NCBI GenBank assembly: GCA_043824495.1
Contig: JBDRSV010000010.1
Location: 32,001-96,000, forward strand
From: Candidatus Aenigmatarchaeota archaeon
GTDB lineage: Archaea > Aenigmatarchaeota > Aenigmatarchaeia > QMZP01
Direction of reading: 5' to 3'
Length of the DNA stretch: 64,000 bases
The position numbers and the translations under genes are program-made. Positions 48,169 to 60,600 of this stretch are shown here, piece after piece. The notes beneath the pieces are model-generated. The model saw nothing but the letters and a program-made list of their open reading frames with translations. It did not search any database and was not told the DNA's origin. How positions within the stretch are numbered: the first letter of the stretch is position 1; every line of letters begins with the position of its first letter.

Positions 48169-48222
48169 CTTTATATTGTATATAAAAAGATTAAGAATAA
48201 TATGATCGAAAGGTGGTAAAAT

Positions 48223-49017
48223 ATGACATTAATGAAAAAAGACAGAGAATTAGCAATACCTGGTGATGAATTGGTTAAATCCATGGATTATTTACCAGGA
48301 AAAAATTGCTTCAGAGAAGGAGAATCTATAATAACAAAAAGATTAGGTTTAGTATCCGTAGACGGAAGAGTTATTTCTATAATTCCTCTTTCAGGTGTAT
48401 ACTTACCAAAATACGGAGACATGGTGATAGGTACTGTAGCAGAGATTCAATCATCCGGATGGATAGTTGATATTAATTCTTTGCATCAAGCATATCTTCC
48501 TTTATCTGGGGTAAAGGAGTTTATAGACACAAAGAGAACCGATTTATCTAAGGTTTATGCAATAGGAGATGTTATCTATTCAAAAATATCTCTTGTAAAT
48601 GGAGATTCTGTGCATCTTTCTATGCAGGATACAAGATCTAGGAAATTCACAAGCGGAAGAGTTATTAAAATGAGTTCAGCTAAGGTTCCTAGACTAATAG
48701 GGAAACAAGGTTCCATGATACGACTAATAAAAGATTCAACTGGATGTCGCATAAATGTAGGACAAAATGGAGCTGTTTGGATAGAAGGAGCAAACGATAA
48801 TACTGTTTTATCTGCAGTTCAACTTATTGAAAAAAATTCACATATAGATGGTTTGACAGACAAGGTTTCAGAATTCCTTGGTAAAACAAAACTAGAAAAA
48901 CCTGTAGAAAAGATTGTAGAAAGACCAAACGAAGTGCAGGAAAAAGAACCTACAAAAGAAATCAAGGAAGCAGAACCTGTTTTAACAAAAGGAGTAGAAC
49001 ATGAAAAGAGAAAATAA
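48223..49017 (+). CDS. rrp4: Exosome subunit Rrp4
   Basis: S1 plus KH domains (VPRLIGKQGSMI), GQNG.VW. Confidence 0.93.
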   Translation: MTLMKKDRELAIPGDELVKSMDYLPGKNCFREGESIITKRLGLVSVDGRVISIIPLSGVYLPKYGDMVIGTVAEIQSSGWIVDINSLHQAYLPLSGVKEFIDTKRTDLSKVYAIGDVIYSKISLVNGDSVHLSMQDTRSRKFTSGRVIKMSSAKVPRLIGKQGSMIRLIKDSTGCRINVGQNGAVWIEGANDNTVLSAVQLIEKNSHIDGLTDKVSEFLGKTKLEKPVEKIVERPNEVQEKEPTKEIKEAEPVLTKGVEHEKRK

Positions 49018-49684
49018 TAGAAAAATTGACGAAACAAGACCCATTTATGTAGAAGCGGGCGTCATACCAAATGCTGATGGTTCAGCAATTTTTAAAATGG
49101 GAAGAACAATAGCAATAGCTGCTGTTTATGGTCCAAGACCATTGCACCCAAAACATATGCAAAATCCTAGCAGATGTCTTTTGCAAGCATATTACAATAT
49201 GCTTCCATTCTCTACAACAGAGAGAGTAAGACCTGGTCCTTCTAGAAGAAGCCAGGAAATTTGTAAGGTTACAAGAGAAGCATTAGAACCTGCTATATTT
49301 TTGGAAGAATTCCCAAAGACTGCAATAAAGGTCTTTATACACATAATCCAAGCAGAAGCAGGAACAAGAACAGCTGGTATTAATGCAGCAAGTGTTGCTC
49401 TTGCAGATGCAGGTATCCCAATGAGGGATCTTGTAGCTTCTTGTGCTGCTGGAAAGATTGAAAATGAATATGTTTTAGATCTTGAAGGTAAAGAAGAAGA
49501 TGCAAGTGTATGTGATCTTCCATTGGCTTACATGCCAAGAACAAAGGAAATCACTTTATTTCAATTAGATGGAGACATAACCAAAAAAGACGTCTCAGAA
49601 GTAGCAAAGCTTGCAATTAAAGGATGCGAAGAAATATACAAAAAACAAAAAGAAGCATTAAAGAAAAAATGGATAGGTGAATAA
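49001..49684 (+). CDS. rrp41: Exosome subunit Rrp41
   Basis: ADGSA, AVYGPR, RRSQEI, AGTRTA. Confidence 0.93.
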   Translation: MKRENNRKIDETRPIYVEAGVIPNADGSAIFKMGRTIAIAAVYGPRPLHPKHMQNPSRCLLQAYYNMLPFSTTERVRPGPSRRSQEICKVTREALEPAIFLEEFPKTAIKVFIHIIQAEAGTRTAGINAASVALADAGIPMRDLVASCAAGKIENEYVLDLEGKEEDASVCDLPLAYMPRTKEITLFQLDGDITKKDVSEVAKLAIKGCEEIYKKQKEALKKKWIGE

Positions 49685-50465
49685 TATGGGACTACAAGAA
49701 AATTATATTTTGACTCTTGCATCTATGAACACAAGAATAGGAAAAAGAGGAGATGAAGAGTTTAGAAAAATAGAAATAGATAAAAATCCAATAGAAAAGG
49801 CAGAAGGTTCTGCTAGAGTTAAAATTGGAAAAACAGACGTTCTGGTTGGAGTAAAACTCGGTGTCGGAGAACCATTCTCAGACAAAGAAGATGAGGGAAT
49901 TCTTATGACTGGTGCAGAATTAAATCCTCTTGCATCACTAGATTTCGAATTAGGTCCTCCAAGAGAAGAAGCAATCGAACTAGCTAGAGTAATTGATCGT
50001 GGAATAAGAGAATCACATGCAGTTGACCTGAAAAAACTCTGTATAAGAAAAGGAGAAAAGGTATGGATGGTATTCATCGATATTAATATTCTCAACCACG
50101 ATGGAAATTTGATGGATGCGGCTGGTCTTGCAGCTATAATAGCTCTATCAAACACAAAAATGCTTGAATATAAAGACGATAAGATAGTCTACGAAAAGAA
50201 AAAAGGCGATCTTCCTTTGAATAACAAACCAATATCAATAACATTTGCTAAAATAAGTAGCCCAAAGAATAATGTAAGTAAAATAATTGTGGATCCTTCT
50301 AGAGACGAAGAGAAAGCGATGACGGGAAGACTAACAGTGACAACAACTGACAAAGGTAACGTATGTGCTATGCAAAAGGGTGGATCAAGCTTTACACTGG
50401 AAGAAATATACAAAGCAGTAGATATTGCAATCAAAAAGGGACAAGAATTAAGAAAGATGATTTGA
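49677..50465 (+). CDS. rrp42: Exosome subunit Rrp42
   Basis: AEGSARV.IG.T, ELARVIDRGIR, HDGNL.DA. Confidence 0.93.
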   Translation: MNNMGLQENYILTLASMNTRIGKRGDEEFRKIEIDKNPIEKAEGSARVKIGKTDVLVGVKLGVGEPFSDKEDEGILMTGAELNPLASLDFELGPPREEAIELARVIDRGIRESHAVDLKKLCIRKGEKVWMVFIDINILNHDGNLMDAAGLAAIIALSNTKMLEYKDDKIVYEKKKGDLPLNNKPISITFAKISSPKNNVSKIIVDPSRDEEKAMTGRLTVTTTDKGNVCAMQKGGSSFTLEEIYKAVDIAIKKGQELRKMI

Positions 50466-50472
50466 GGTTAAT

Positions 50473-50688
50473 ATGGCAAAGACAAAAAAAGTCTTATCAG
50501 CAGGGAAGTATGGTGTTCGATACGGAAGAAAAATGAGACAAAAGATAATAAAGGTAGATGTAGATTTCAAAAAGAAACACGCATGCCCTTCTTGCCTTAA
50601 GACTGTGTTAAAAAGAGAATCAAGCGGTATATGGGCCTGTAAAAAATGCGGACTCAAAATGGCAGGTAAAGCATACAAACCTGCTTAA
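50473..50688 (+). CDS. rpl37ae: 50S ribosomal protein L37ae
   Basis: GKYGVRYG, CP.C...R...GIW.CKKC. Confidence 0.95.
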   Translation: MAKTKKVLSAGKYGVRYGRKMRQKIIKVDVDFKKKHACPSCLKTVLKRESSGIWACKKCGLKMAGKAYKPA

Positions 50689-50730
50689 TGTTTATAAAAA
50701 CACGAACCAAAATAAAAGAAAGGTGATTAT

Positions 50731-50862
50731 ATGTTTAAGTGCTTACATTGTGGAAAGACGATAGAAACTAGTTCTTCTCAGAAGATTCAATGTACTTATT
50801 GCGGTTACAGAGTTTTACTGAGAACTAGACAACCTGTTATAAAAAAGGTTAAATCAAGGTGA
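50731..50862 (+). CDS. rpoP: RNA polymerase subunit P (Rpo12), 43 aa; not in ORF track
   Basis: MFKCLHCGK...IQCTYCGYRVL.R.R; conserved position. Confidence 0.9.
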   Translation: MFKCLHCGKTIETSSSQKIQCTYCGYRVLLRTRQPVIKKVKSR

Positions 50863-50866
50863 ATGA

Positions 50867-51193
50867 ATGTTATCAGAACAAGATCAACAGTTACTGGCTC
50901 AGGCACAGATGTATCAACAACAATTACAAATGTTGGCGTCCCAAAAAGAAAATATAAACATGCAACTAGTAGAAATGAAGAAAGCTCAAGAAGAATTGGA
51001 AAAAAATAAAGAAAATGAATTATTCAAGGTTGTAGGTCCACTTCTTATCAAAACAGATAACGTAAGCATGAGAAAGGAATTAGCTGAGAAAAAGGATGTT
51101 TTAGAGCTAAGATTGAAAACTTTAGACAAAAACGAGAAAAAGCTTCAAATTACTTTCGAGGAGCTTAGAGAGAAATTATCCAAAAAGCTATAA
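50867..51193 (+). CDS. pfdB: Prefoldin beta subunit
   Basis: Coiled coils around FKVVGPLLIK. Confidence 0.9.
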   Translation: MLSEQDQQLLAQAQMYQQQLQMLASQKENINMQLVEMKKAQEELEKNKENELFKVVGPLLIKTDNVSMRKELAEKKDVLELRLKTLDKNEKKLQITFEELREKLSKKL

Positions 51194-51244
51194 GAATCCA
51201 TGAGCCCATATATATAATAGGTTAATTTATGACGGAGGGTTGCC

Positions 51245-51493
51245 ATGGAACAAGCAGAACTAGTTTCCATGCTAGATCAAATTATAAAGGACAGAGGGGT
51301 TCCGAGGAATATAAGAGAGACTCTAGAGGAATCCATCCAGATCTTAAATGGCAGCGAATCCATGTCAGAGAAGGTGTCTTACATCATTTCTCTTCTTGAT
51401 GACGCTTCAAATGACACTAATCTATCTTCTTATACTAGAATCAATATTTGGAATCTCATTTCTACTTTAGAAAATTTTAAAACTGATATCTGA
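51245..51493 (+). CDS. UPF0147 family protein
   Basis: D.GVPRNIR...LDD.SND.NL..YTR..IW. Confidence 0.85.
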   Translation: MEQAELVSMLDQIIKDRGVPRNIRETLEESIQILNGSESMSEKVSYIISLLDDASNDTNLSSYTRINIWNLISTLENFKTDI

Positions 51494-51552
51494 ATGACAG
51501 TTATTTAAATCTTACTTCCAAAAATAATGTAGTTGTATATAGGAGGGGTCAC

Positions 51553-51903
51553 ATGCCATTTGGAAAATTCTTTTCTAGTCGTGAGGAAGAATCATTAGAA
51601 ACCGAAGCAGACAATTATGTTGAAGTAAATGTTATGGATGCAGGAGAAAAAAAAACAGGTAAAATTAGTATACGATTAGAAAAACTTAATGAATTTGGTG
51701 ATACCGAGAGAGTATTAAAAATCGTAAGAGACGGGTCAATTGTTTTCCTAAAAATCAAAGGTTTAAAAGAAAAGGATATGGGAGAACTTAAGAGAGCTGT
51801 TGAGAAAATCAAAAAGACAGTTCTTGCTAACAACGGCGATATTGCTGGTGTTGAAAATGACTGGCTTATTATTTCACCACAGTTCGCAGCTGTAGAACGA
51901 TAA
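51553..51903 (+). CDS. sepF: Cell division protein SepF
   Basis: V..G.IVFL...LKRAVE.IK...GDIAG...LI.P. Confidence 0.85.
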   Translation: MPFGKFFSSREEESLETEADNYVEVNVMDAGEKKTGKISIRLEKLNEFGDTERVLKIVRDGSIVFLKIKGLKEKDMGELKRAVEKIKKTVLANNGDIAGVENDWLIISPQFAAVER

Positions 51904-51956
51904 TTTTAATGTATTATATAAAAAGCCATCTTATACGAGATGGTTTAATATTTTTT

Positions 51957-53837
51957 TTATCTTAATCTAGTTGTTTCTAGATTCTTTGGAGCCACTGTTT
52001 CTATTCTGAATATTTTATGCAGGTCTCTTGCAAGTTCTAAGCATCTTTTATTTTCTCCGTGATTTACAAGAACCTTATCAGGTTTGCTTCTTAATCTACG
52101 GAAGAAGTTGAGTATTTGATTTCTTCCAGCATGACCACTAATACCATGAGCTGTATCGATGTTTAGCTTTAATCCTACGCTCATGTTTCTCCCAGTCTTA
52201 TGATTAAAGACAGGTAAGTCTTTCCATCCTTCTTGTATCCTTCTACCAAGGGTACCTTCTGCCTGATATCCTACGAATAACAATGTATTCTTAGGATCAT
52301 CTGCTAGTCCTTTTACATATTCTAAAATAGGTCCACCCGTCATCATACCTGATGTGGCTATGATTATTCCAGGTTCTCCTGAATCTATCACGTCATTTCT
52401 CTCTTTAGGAGCAACTCTATTGAAAACTTCAGATGTGAATGGATTCTTTCCATATCTTAGTATACTCTTCTGAAGATAATGAGACAAATATTCTGGATAA
52501 GCGGTGTGTATAGCTGTTGCGTCCCACAACATACCTTCCATGTGAACAGGATATTTAAGACCGAACTTGTCTAGAATTACCATTATTTCTTGTGCTCTTC
52601 CAACACCAAAGCTTGGAATAATGACCTTGCCGCCCAGTTTTATTCCCTTCTCAATCTTTTCTACGAAGGATTTCTCTGCATCTTGTCTAGAGGGCATTGT
52701 ATTATGTGCTCCACCATAAGTGGATTCAATTATCATGGTTTCTATTCTCTGGAAGTCTGTATATGCAGGATCCAAAAGACCAGAATTGGCGTAGTTAAGA
52801 TCTCCAGTGTATAACAAGTTATGGAGACCGTCACCAATATGTAAGTGAATCAAAGAACCCCCAAGTAGATGTCCGGATGGCTGTAAAGTTAGTCTTGCAT
52901 CAACTGTGATGTCAGAAACTTCACCATAATCAAGAACTATTGAATGCTTCAAAGCCTTTTCAACTGACTTTTTCTGATATGGTGGCTTCTTACCGTTTTT
53001 TTGCATAACATCAATATAATCAAGACAAAGCATAGCCATCAAATCTCTTGTAGGAGCTGTTGAGTATAATGGTCCAGTAAATCCATTTTCATATAAGTAT
53101 GGGATGTAAGATGAGTGGTCTGTGTGAGCATGACTCAATATAATAGCATCTAGAGTGTCCATATTAAACTCTGGAATATTCAAATACGGTGGATTTCCTG
53201 TTGTTGGGTCAGTTCCACAATCCATGAGTACGTTTGAATTTGATGTTTGAACTAAAATACAGCTTCTTCCTACTTGTCTGAATCCACCCAAAGAAGTAAT
53301 TCTTATCCACTCGTTATTTCTCTCTTCTTCAGTCAAGACTCTAGCGTTTATGTCTTGTCCAACTCTGTTCAAGAACTTTTTCCTGTAAGCTATTTCAGAA
53401 TGCATCAATCCTCTAACAGCTCTTACAACATCAGATTTTATTGCAGGAGCTCTTTCTATTTTAGGTAGCCATAAAGTTTCTGATTTAATTTTCTTAAATG
53501 TCTCACCATCCCTTCCTATAATCAAACCAGGCTTCTGAGCTTCTATAATAACCTTACCCAACTCAGATTCAAAATAAATTTCTTTGATACCAGCACCCTC
53601 AGGGACTATTTCCATTATTTTGTCTCTTGCTTTTTCTGGATCAATTGTTATACTTATGTCTGGTCTTATCTCTACTCTTTTCTTAATCAGACGAACTATA
53701 TCTCTAATTGAAGACTCACTTGTTCTGAAAAAATCCTTACTCTTCGTGTATAATACAAGTTCGGAGCCCTCAAACTTCACCTCGGAGATGTTTGCGTCTG
53801 CTGGTAATCTGTCTCTTAATTCTTTTAGAATTGACAT
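51957..53837 (-). CDS. aCPSF1 KH-domain beta-CASP ribonuclease
   Basis: N-terminal KH domains, SHAHTDH, GHLLG, ESTYG, TSGM..GG, SGH. Confidence 0.95.
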   Translation of the reverse strand: MSILKELRDRLPADANISEVKFEGSELVLYTKSKDFFRTSESSIRDIVRLIKKRVEIRPDISITIDPEKARDKIMEIVPEGAGIKEIYFESELGKVIIEAQKPGLIIGRDGETFKKIKSETLWLPKIERAPAIKSDVVRAVRGLMHSEIAYRKKFLNRVGQDINARVLTEEERNNEWIRITSLGGFRQVGRSCILVQTSNSNVLMDCGTDPTTGNPPYLNIPEFNMDTLDAIILSHAHTDHSSYIPYLYENGFTGPLYSTAPTRDLMAMLCLDYIDVMQKNGKKPPYQKKSVEKALKHSIVLDYGEVSDITVDARLTLQPSGHLLGGSLIHLHIGDGLHNLLYTGDLNYANSGLLDPAYTDFQRIETMIIESTYGGAHNTMPSRQDAEKSFVEKIEKGIKLGGKVIIPSFGVGRAQEIMVILDKFGLKYPVHMEGMLWDATAIHTAYPEYLSHYLQKSILRYGKNPFTSEVFNRVAPKERNDVIDSGEPGIIIATSGMMTGGPILEYVKGLADDPKNTLLFVGYQAEGTLGRRIQEGWKDLPVFNHKTGRNMSVGLKLNIDTAHGISGHAGRNQILNFFRRLRSKPDKVLVNHGENKRCLELARDLHKIFRIETVAPKNLETTRLR

Positions 53838-53875
53838 TACAAATTCCTTATTTGGTAAAACATGAATGTTTTACA

Positions 53876-54514
53876 TCATTTTAAAAATGCCTGAACTTCT
53901 TCATTAGGCACTTTCTTGAGTCCGTTGGAATCTATTACAACAAGATCTATTCCGCTTCCCCCAGATGCTATATCTCTTTGTGTTGCTGAATATATAGCCT
54001 TGGTGATCATTTCTTTTGTAGCCTCAACAGTCATGTTTCTTTTGTATTTTTCTTCTAGAACACCAAAAGCAAATGGTGAACCAGATCCTGTTGAGAAGTA
54101 TTCTTGTTCTTCTGTTATCGAACCTGAAGGATCGAAAGTGAATAATCTTGGAGCGTCGTCAAATCCGCCAACAACAAGTTGTACTATGTATGGATAGAAT
54201 CTTCGTGCATACAAAATGTTTGCTATTAAGGATGCTGCAGCTTTTACGCCAATTCTTTTGTCTTCTTTGAGCTTGTATAGCTTTAGTTCCGCTTTTAAGT
54301 ATCTCTCTAAAGCTTGACCATCTCCTTGCATACCTGCCATTGTCATTGCTATATGTTCGTCTAAAGGCAATATCTTTTGTGTGTGCTTATTTGCAAGTAG
54401 ATAACCCATTGTGGCCTTTCTTTCCGCACCCAAAACAACCGCGTCTCTGGCTATTACGCCCACAGTTGTAGTGCCTGTTTTTAAATTTTCGATTTTATGA
54501 TCCATATTAATCAC
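53876..54514 (-). CDS. psmB: Proteasome beta subunit
   Basis: KTG-TTTVG propeptide junction, TGSGS, RD.ASGG. Confidence 0.95.
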   Translation of the reverse strand: MINMDHKIENLKTGTTTVGVIARDAVVLGAERKATMGYLLANKHTQKILPLDEHIAMTMAGMQGDGQALERYLKAELKLYKLKEDKRIGVKAAASLIANILYARRFYPYIVQLVVGGFDDAPRLFTFDPSGSITEEQEYFSTGSGSPFAFGVLEEKYKRNMTVEATKEMITKAIYSATQRDIASGGSGIDLVVIDSNGLKKVPNEEVQAFLK

Positions 54515-54695
54515 TTAACTCATAAGTAGAATCAATCATATGACTTATCAGTTATAAAGTCTAATTATAAATTATTCTTTATAAGTCTTTAGTGGAATAT
54601 TCTTTATAAATCTTTCTTAAATGTGTTTTTAAATACCTGCGAGCCATAGAGACCAGGTGCATATTTTAGTTTGTACTATTAATATAATAAATACT

Positions 54696-57600
54696 ATGAA
54701 ATATGCCATTTTAGTAGGTATTATACTAACCTTGGTAATTTATGCAATCTCTCCTATAACCATCAATAGTCAAGCTTGTTCTGATGGTCAAATTAAGCCT
54801 TGTGGAAGTAATATAGGTGCTTGTTCTTCTGGTTTCCAGACATGTAGCGCCGGCATATGGGGCACATGCGATGGTGGTATAGGTCCAGGAGCAGAAGTAT
54901 GTGATGGTCTGGATAACAACTGTGATGGTAAGATAGATGAGAAATTCGATAGAGACGGAGATGGTTATACATCGTGTAGTCAGCCGCAGGATTGTGATAA
55001 TGTAAATCCTAAAATAAATCCAGAAGCAAAAGAAACATGCGACGGGGTAGATAACAACTGTAATGGTCTTGTAGATGAAGAATGTCCTTGTGTAGCTGGA
55101 GAAACAAGAGCATGTGGATCTAACATAGGTGCATGTCAATCTGGAGTAAGAATATGTTCAGATGGTCAATGGGGAGCATGCGAGGGTAACATTAAACCAC
55201 AAGAAGAAGCATGTAATAGTATAGATGATGACTGCGACGCAGAAACAGATGAAGATGGTGTATGCATTGCATTGGAATGTCAAGACGGAGAAACAAGATC
55301 ATGTGGATCCAACATAGGAATATGTAAAGCTGGGATAAGAACCTGTGTATCAGGAAGCTGGTCTGATTGTACTGAAGACATAAAGCCTCAAGAAGAGATA
55401 TGTGATAACCTGGATAATGATTGTGATAGTATTGTAGATGAAGGCTGCAAGCAGCCTTCTCAACCAACGAAACCAACAACGCCAACAAAACCAGCTGCAG
55501 ACACGGAAAAAGTTCATCAAGTGGTTTTGGATGAAATATCATCAAAAGCAGAATCCCGGGTGATTGTTAAATTCAAGGAGACACCAAAAAGCCTGAACAT
55601 AAAACAAACAGATTTCAAAAACATAAGAACAGTAGACAAATACCAGTCAGGTGTAGTAAACAAAAATGGCCTGGATTCATTGCTGATAGACCCTGATATA
55701 GCTGAAATACTCCCAGATCAGGAAGTTAATCTTCTACTAACAGAGTCTATACCATTGATACACGCAGACCTGCAAAACTATAATCTCGGTCTTACAGGAT
55801 CAGGTCAGACTGTATGCATTCTGGATACAGGTGTTGATTATAATATAATCACAAATTACAAGAGCGGTTACGATTTCATAAACAATGACGATGATCCAAT
55901 GGATGATCACGGACATGGAACACAAGTTGCATATATAATTCAATCAGTAGCTCCTGGCTCTGAGATAATCGCAGCCAAGGTGATAGACAGCTCAGGAAAT
56001 GGATACGAAAGCGATGTACTACAAGGTCTGCAATACTGCATAGACCAGGGAGCAGACATAATAAGCTTCAGTATAGGATCAGGAGAATACAGCGGCTTAT
56101 GTGATGCAAATCCTGTCGCAGAACTTGTAAACGATGCTGTCAGCCAGGAAATATTCGTAGTAGCTGCAACTGGAAATGATGGCTCAATCAACTTTAAGGC
56201 TCCATCATGCGCTTCTAAAGTTTTGAGTGTTGGTTCAACGAATAAACAAAACATAATTTCTTCATTTTCAAATGTGAGAGAAGATTTGGGAGTGTTTGCT
56301 CCTGGTGTTGATATTGTGACAAAAACAATTGGAGGGGATGATATTAGTTTGTCTGGAACTTCTGCTTCGGTGCCTTTTGTTAGTGGGGCTGCTGCTCTTG
56401 TTTTAGAGAATGAGACTTTAGCCCCTTTGGATTTGAGATATAGGTTTGCAAGTACTGGTTTGCCTATATTGTATAATGAAATTAATATCTCAAGGCTTGA
56501 TGTTTATAATGCAGTGCTTAATATTTCTACAATGATTCCTTATGGGGGGGAGTTGAATCAGAGTAATATTATAGAGGTTAATGAGACGAATTTTACAACT
56601 TTGGCTGTGCCGGTCGTATCTTTAATTCTTCCCGCAGATGAAACTTATTATGGTTCTGCTCTACAGGATGTGCCTTTTCAATGTTATGTTACTGACACTG
56701 CTGAGGGAGGCGTCCCTGCCGGGATAAATCAAATTTCTCTTTATACAAGTTTTGATGGAGGCGCATATTCTCTTAAAGATACAATTATATTGGCTCCATT
56801 GTTGAGTGATTTACCAAATTATGTTAATAATTCTGACGGGACATTTACTACAAATTACCAACCTCCCAATGGAACTTCGGAGAAAGACACTTTTCTTTAT
56901 TGGGCAGGTACCTATGATTTTAGTTCTTCCGATTCTCTTTATGTTGCTGGCGGACAGGCTAAATGGATCTCCCAACCTCTTTTGGAATTTGATTTGAGCG
57001 GCTTTCCTCAGGGAATGGTTGTCCAAAACGCCAACTTGAGAATGGTCAAAAAAAGCGGAACTACTTCGTTTGGTACTCAGATTCGTAGAATTTCAGACTC
57101 CTGGATCAATGGGAATCTTACACAACCATATCCAAGAGATAGTGGTTCTGATTATGCCAGTGGGACGATACCACTTTCAGGAGGAGATGTGGTAATTTAT
57201 GATGTAACTGAATTGGTTCAGGAATGGATTGATGGAACTTATCCTAACTATGGCTTGAAGATCGTGTATACTTATTATACAGGAGTGAGTGCTTATTTAT
57301 ATTCTGCTGAGGAAAGCATTGCAAATCGGAGGCCAAAACTTGAAATTACTTATGATGTTGACCCAACATATACTGCAGATTTTCAACTAGATAATGTTGT
57401 AACAGGGAGCTACAAGTGGTATTGCAGTGCAAAAGATATTGCTGGAGGAAACAGCAATTCGGTTACTCCCTTTGATTTTTATGTTGGGAAATGTGAAAAA
57501 GGAACTGATTGTCCGAGTGGGTTGTGTGTGAATGATAGTCTTGGGGTTGGAAGGTGTGGGGACTCTTGTGATATTTATGACGGGTATGGTTGTAGTGATG

Positions 57601-60600
57601 ATGCAATTCTTCTTTCTAGTGGACTTGGAACATGTAGTAATGATGGGTGTAGGGATATTCCTTTTGTTAGCATGGATTGTGGAACTGGGGATGCTTGTGT
57701 GAAGGGAACAGATACAGCAACTTCTGTTCCTACTACTGGATCTTGTTATGGTAATCCTCAAATAGGTGATTCTTGTGATTCAATTGTTGGAGGAGATTTT
57801 TCCCAAGATGGAATTGTCGCATACGGCTTATCTAATAATCTTTGTTCTTGCGAAACTGAATCAATAAGTAATTGTGTTTATTCTACTGGTTCGTCTGTAA
57901 TACCAGTTGCATCTTGTAATTATGTTGGGGCACCTGAAGGTAGTGTTTGTAATGAACCCCCTTATGTTGGAGATTTTTATTTTGCCTCTACAAAAAAATT
58001 AGATTCTGATGGAACGAAACATTGTGTTGATTGTGGGACTGGAGTAATAGATGATGATGGGTCTGGAACTTGTGAAAGAGCTTGTGATCTTACTATAAGT
58101 AACACCTATTGTGATGAGAAAAATCCTGGTTATAAGTATTGTTCTATTAATAATATTATAGAATCAGAATGTGGTGAGGCTAATTTTTGTACTTATTTAA
58201 CTTCTGGGGGAAGTATTGGTCAGTGTTCATCTGTGCCGCCTCCAAATAGTGATGGTGATTGTAATGCTAATTCAAATTGTGATGGTAAAGAGCCTGGGGG
58301 TTGGTGGTGTAGTCTAGATAGTAAAGTGACTGTAGCGTGTACCTCTGCTTGTCAGGTGGTGGATGCTGATGATATTGGAGAGTGTGAGTCTAATAATTCT
58401 TATAATACTTTTTGTAATGCTGCTCCTGAGTGTGATGAGTTAATTTCTGGAGGTTATTGGTGTGATGCAAATAATTTAATAAGTTCTGGATGTGGATCTA
58501 GTTGTGGGTATACAACTACTGGTACTCCTGGTTCTGGTCTTTGTGAATCTACAAATTCCTATAATACTTGTGCTGCCGATCCCTTATGTGATGGGAATGT
58601 TCCTGGAGAAATAAATAATTGTGGAAACGATCCATTTTTAGATAAATGTTCAAGCACTTGTTTAGCAGAAGATAGGGGGGATAACATTTGTACTTCCAAT
58701 GCCGGGTGGAGTTGTACTGCAGATGCTGGTTGTAATTTAGAATCTCCAGATGCTTGTCCTGATATTGATACTTATTGTACAGACATTTGTGGATATGAAG
58801 ACAGAGATGATTCTCTAACGGCTTGTACTGCTACAGGGGTAGGGTGTGTTGCTGGTTATTCTTGGGAAGTTGGAACTCCTACTAGTCAGTGTTGTGGAGA
58901 TGATGGAATCTCTGATGATTGGGATGCTGATAATTTTACAGGAATTACCAATGCTTGCTATAATGGGAATTTGATTTTTCCAGGCACTCCTGTTGGGACT
59001 TTGTTAGTTGATGATTATGGAAAACTTTATGATTGTGGTGATCAGGTTCCTTTCCTTGAGGATCAAGGGGTTGCAGAAAGTATTGTAATTGATTGTGAAG
59101 GGTATGATAGTGGGGGTAGTACTTTTTATTGTGATACTGATACTTTTGAATGGATTGTGGGCAAATTACCAAGAACTTGTATTTGTACTAATGGGAATCA
59201 GTGTAAATCTACTTATTGTGTTGATAATAATAATAATGGTGTGAATGCAACTTGTCAAAATAGTTGTAATGGTGGTTTTGATGGTTATATGTGTTCTAAT
59301 GATACAAATGATTTTAATACGGTTGGGGGTGGGGTTTGTGCTGTGAATGGTGGTTGGATTTGTGATAAGGGGGAGGTTGCTTTGGGCACAACTGATTATA
59401 AACAAGATTGTTTTTATGCTTTGGGTGGAGATCCAACTTTAACAACACAGTGTGATAGGAATGTTTCAGATACGGGGGAGACTTTGGGTTATGTTGCTGA
59501 GAGTATATGCACTTATTCTACTGGAACACCAGCAGCAAATAATATGGATTGCGATTTAGATAATGAGGTTTGTAGAGATTCTTCAAATAGATACAGAGCT
59601 GATTGTAGTAATTGTGGTAGTACCCTAGAGAATGATTGTGATACTGATGGAGGAACAAGTTATAGTGCTAATGGTGTTTGTGTTTTGGATTCAAATAATT
59701 GTGATTCTTATGAGGTTTGTTTTGATGATTCGTATTATAGAGATGATTGTAATAAGTGTTCTGTTTTAGCAAGTGATGTTGATTCTTGTGATTATGGCTC
59801 TATTAGTGGAGGAAATTATGTTGCTGATGGGTATTGTGTTGCAGGAGGAGGGTGTGCTACGGGAATTGTTCGCGCCTATGGAAATCCTCTAACTCTTGGT
59901 TGGGGTTGTACTGATGGTGGTGGTGAGCAGTGCGATTCGGATGCTAATGGTAATGAAAATAGTAATGATTGGGTCACTAATTCTGCTGAAGGACTTTGTG
60001 TTTATACAGGTCTTGGAGTAGAATTTGGGGATTGTGAGATTGGGGATGTTTGTTTTGATGGGGCGGTTTATCGTGGGGATCTTGTTAATAATTGTGAAGA
60101 TGGTTGGGGCTGTGAGTTTAGGAATTTAGAGAGTACTATTTATTCCAGGGAAGGATATGTTTGTAATTCTGAAAGCTTAGGTTGTGTTGTTGACGGGTCA
60201 AGGACAGAAGCTCAGAGATGTTGCCAGAATGACAATTGTGCTGGTGGTGTTCCTAGCTGTGTTGATAGTGGAATTGTTGATGAAATTTATTACAAAGGAT
60301 GCTGCGCCTTGACAACAGATTGTTCAGGACCAACTCAATGCTATTCTGATACAGAGATTTACTATGGTACTTTGAATAATTATTACTGTTATGTAGGGGC
60401 TTGGATAAATAAAACACAATATAATACCTGCACTCCATCGGGAAGTTTTGTTGATTTAGTTATTGACCAACCAGGGATAATATGTAGCGGAGTAATAATA
60501 GACATTGCTTCTTTAACTGTAAAAAATGAAGGGGAATTAACTTTATTAGACGAATCAGAATTAATCGTAGGAAATGTGACAATCGAGGAAGGTGGGAGTT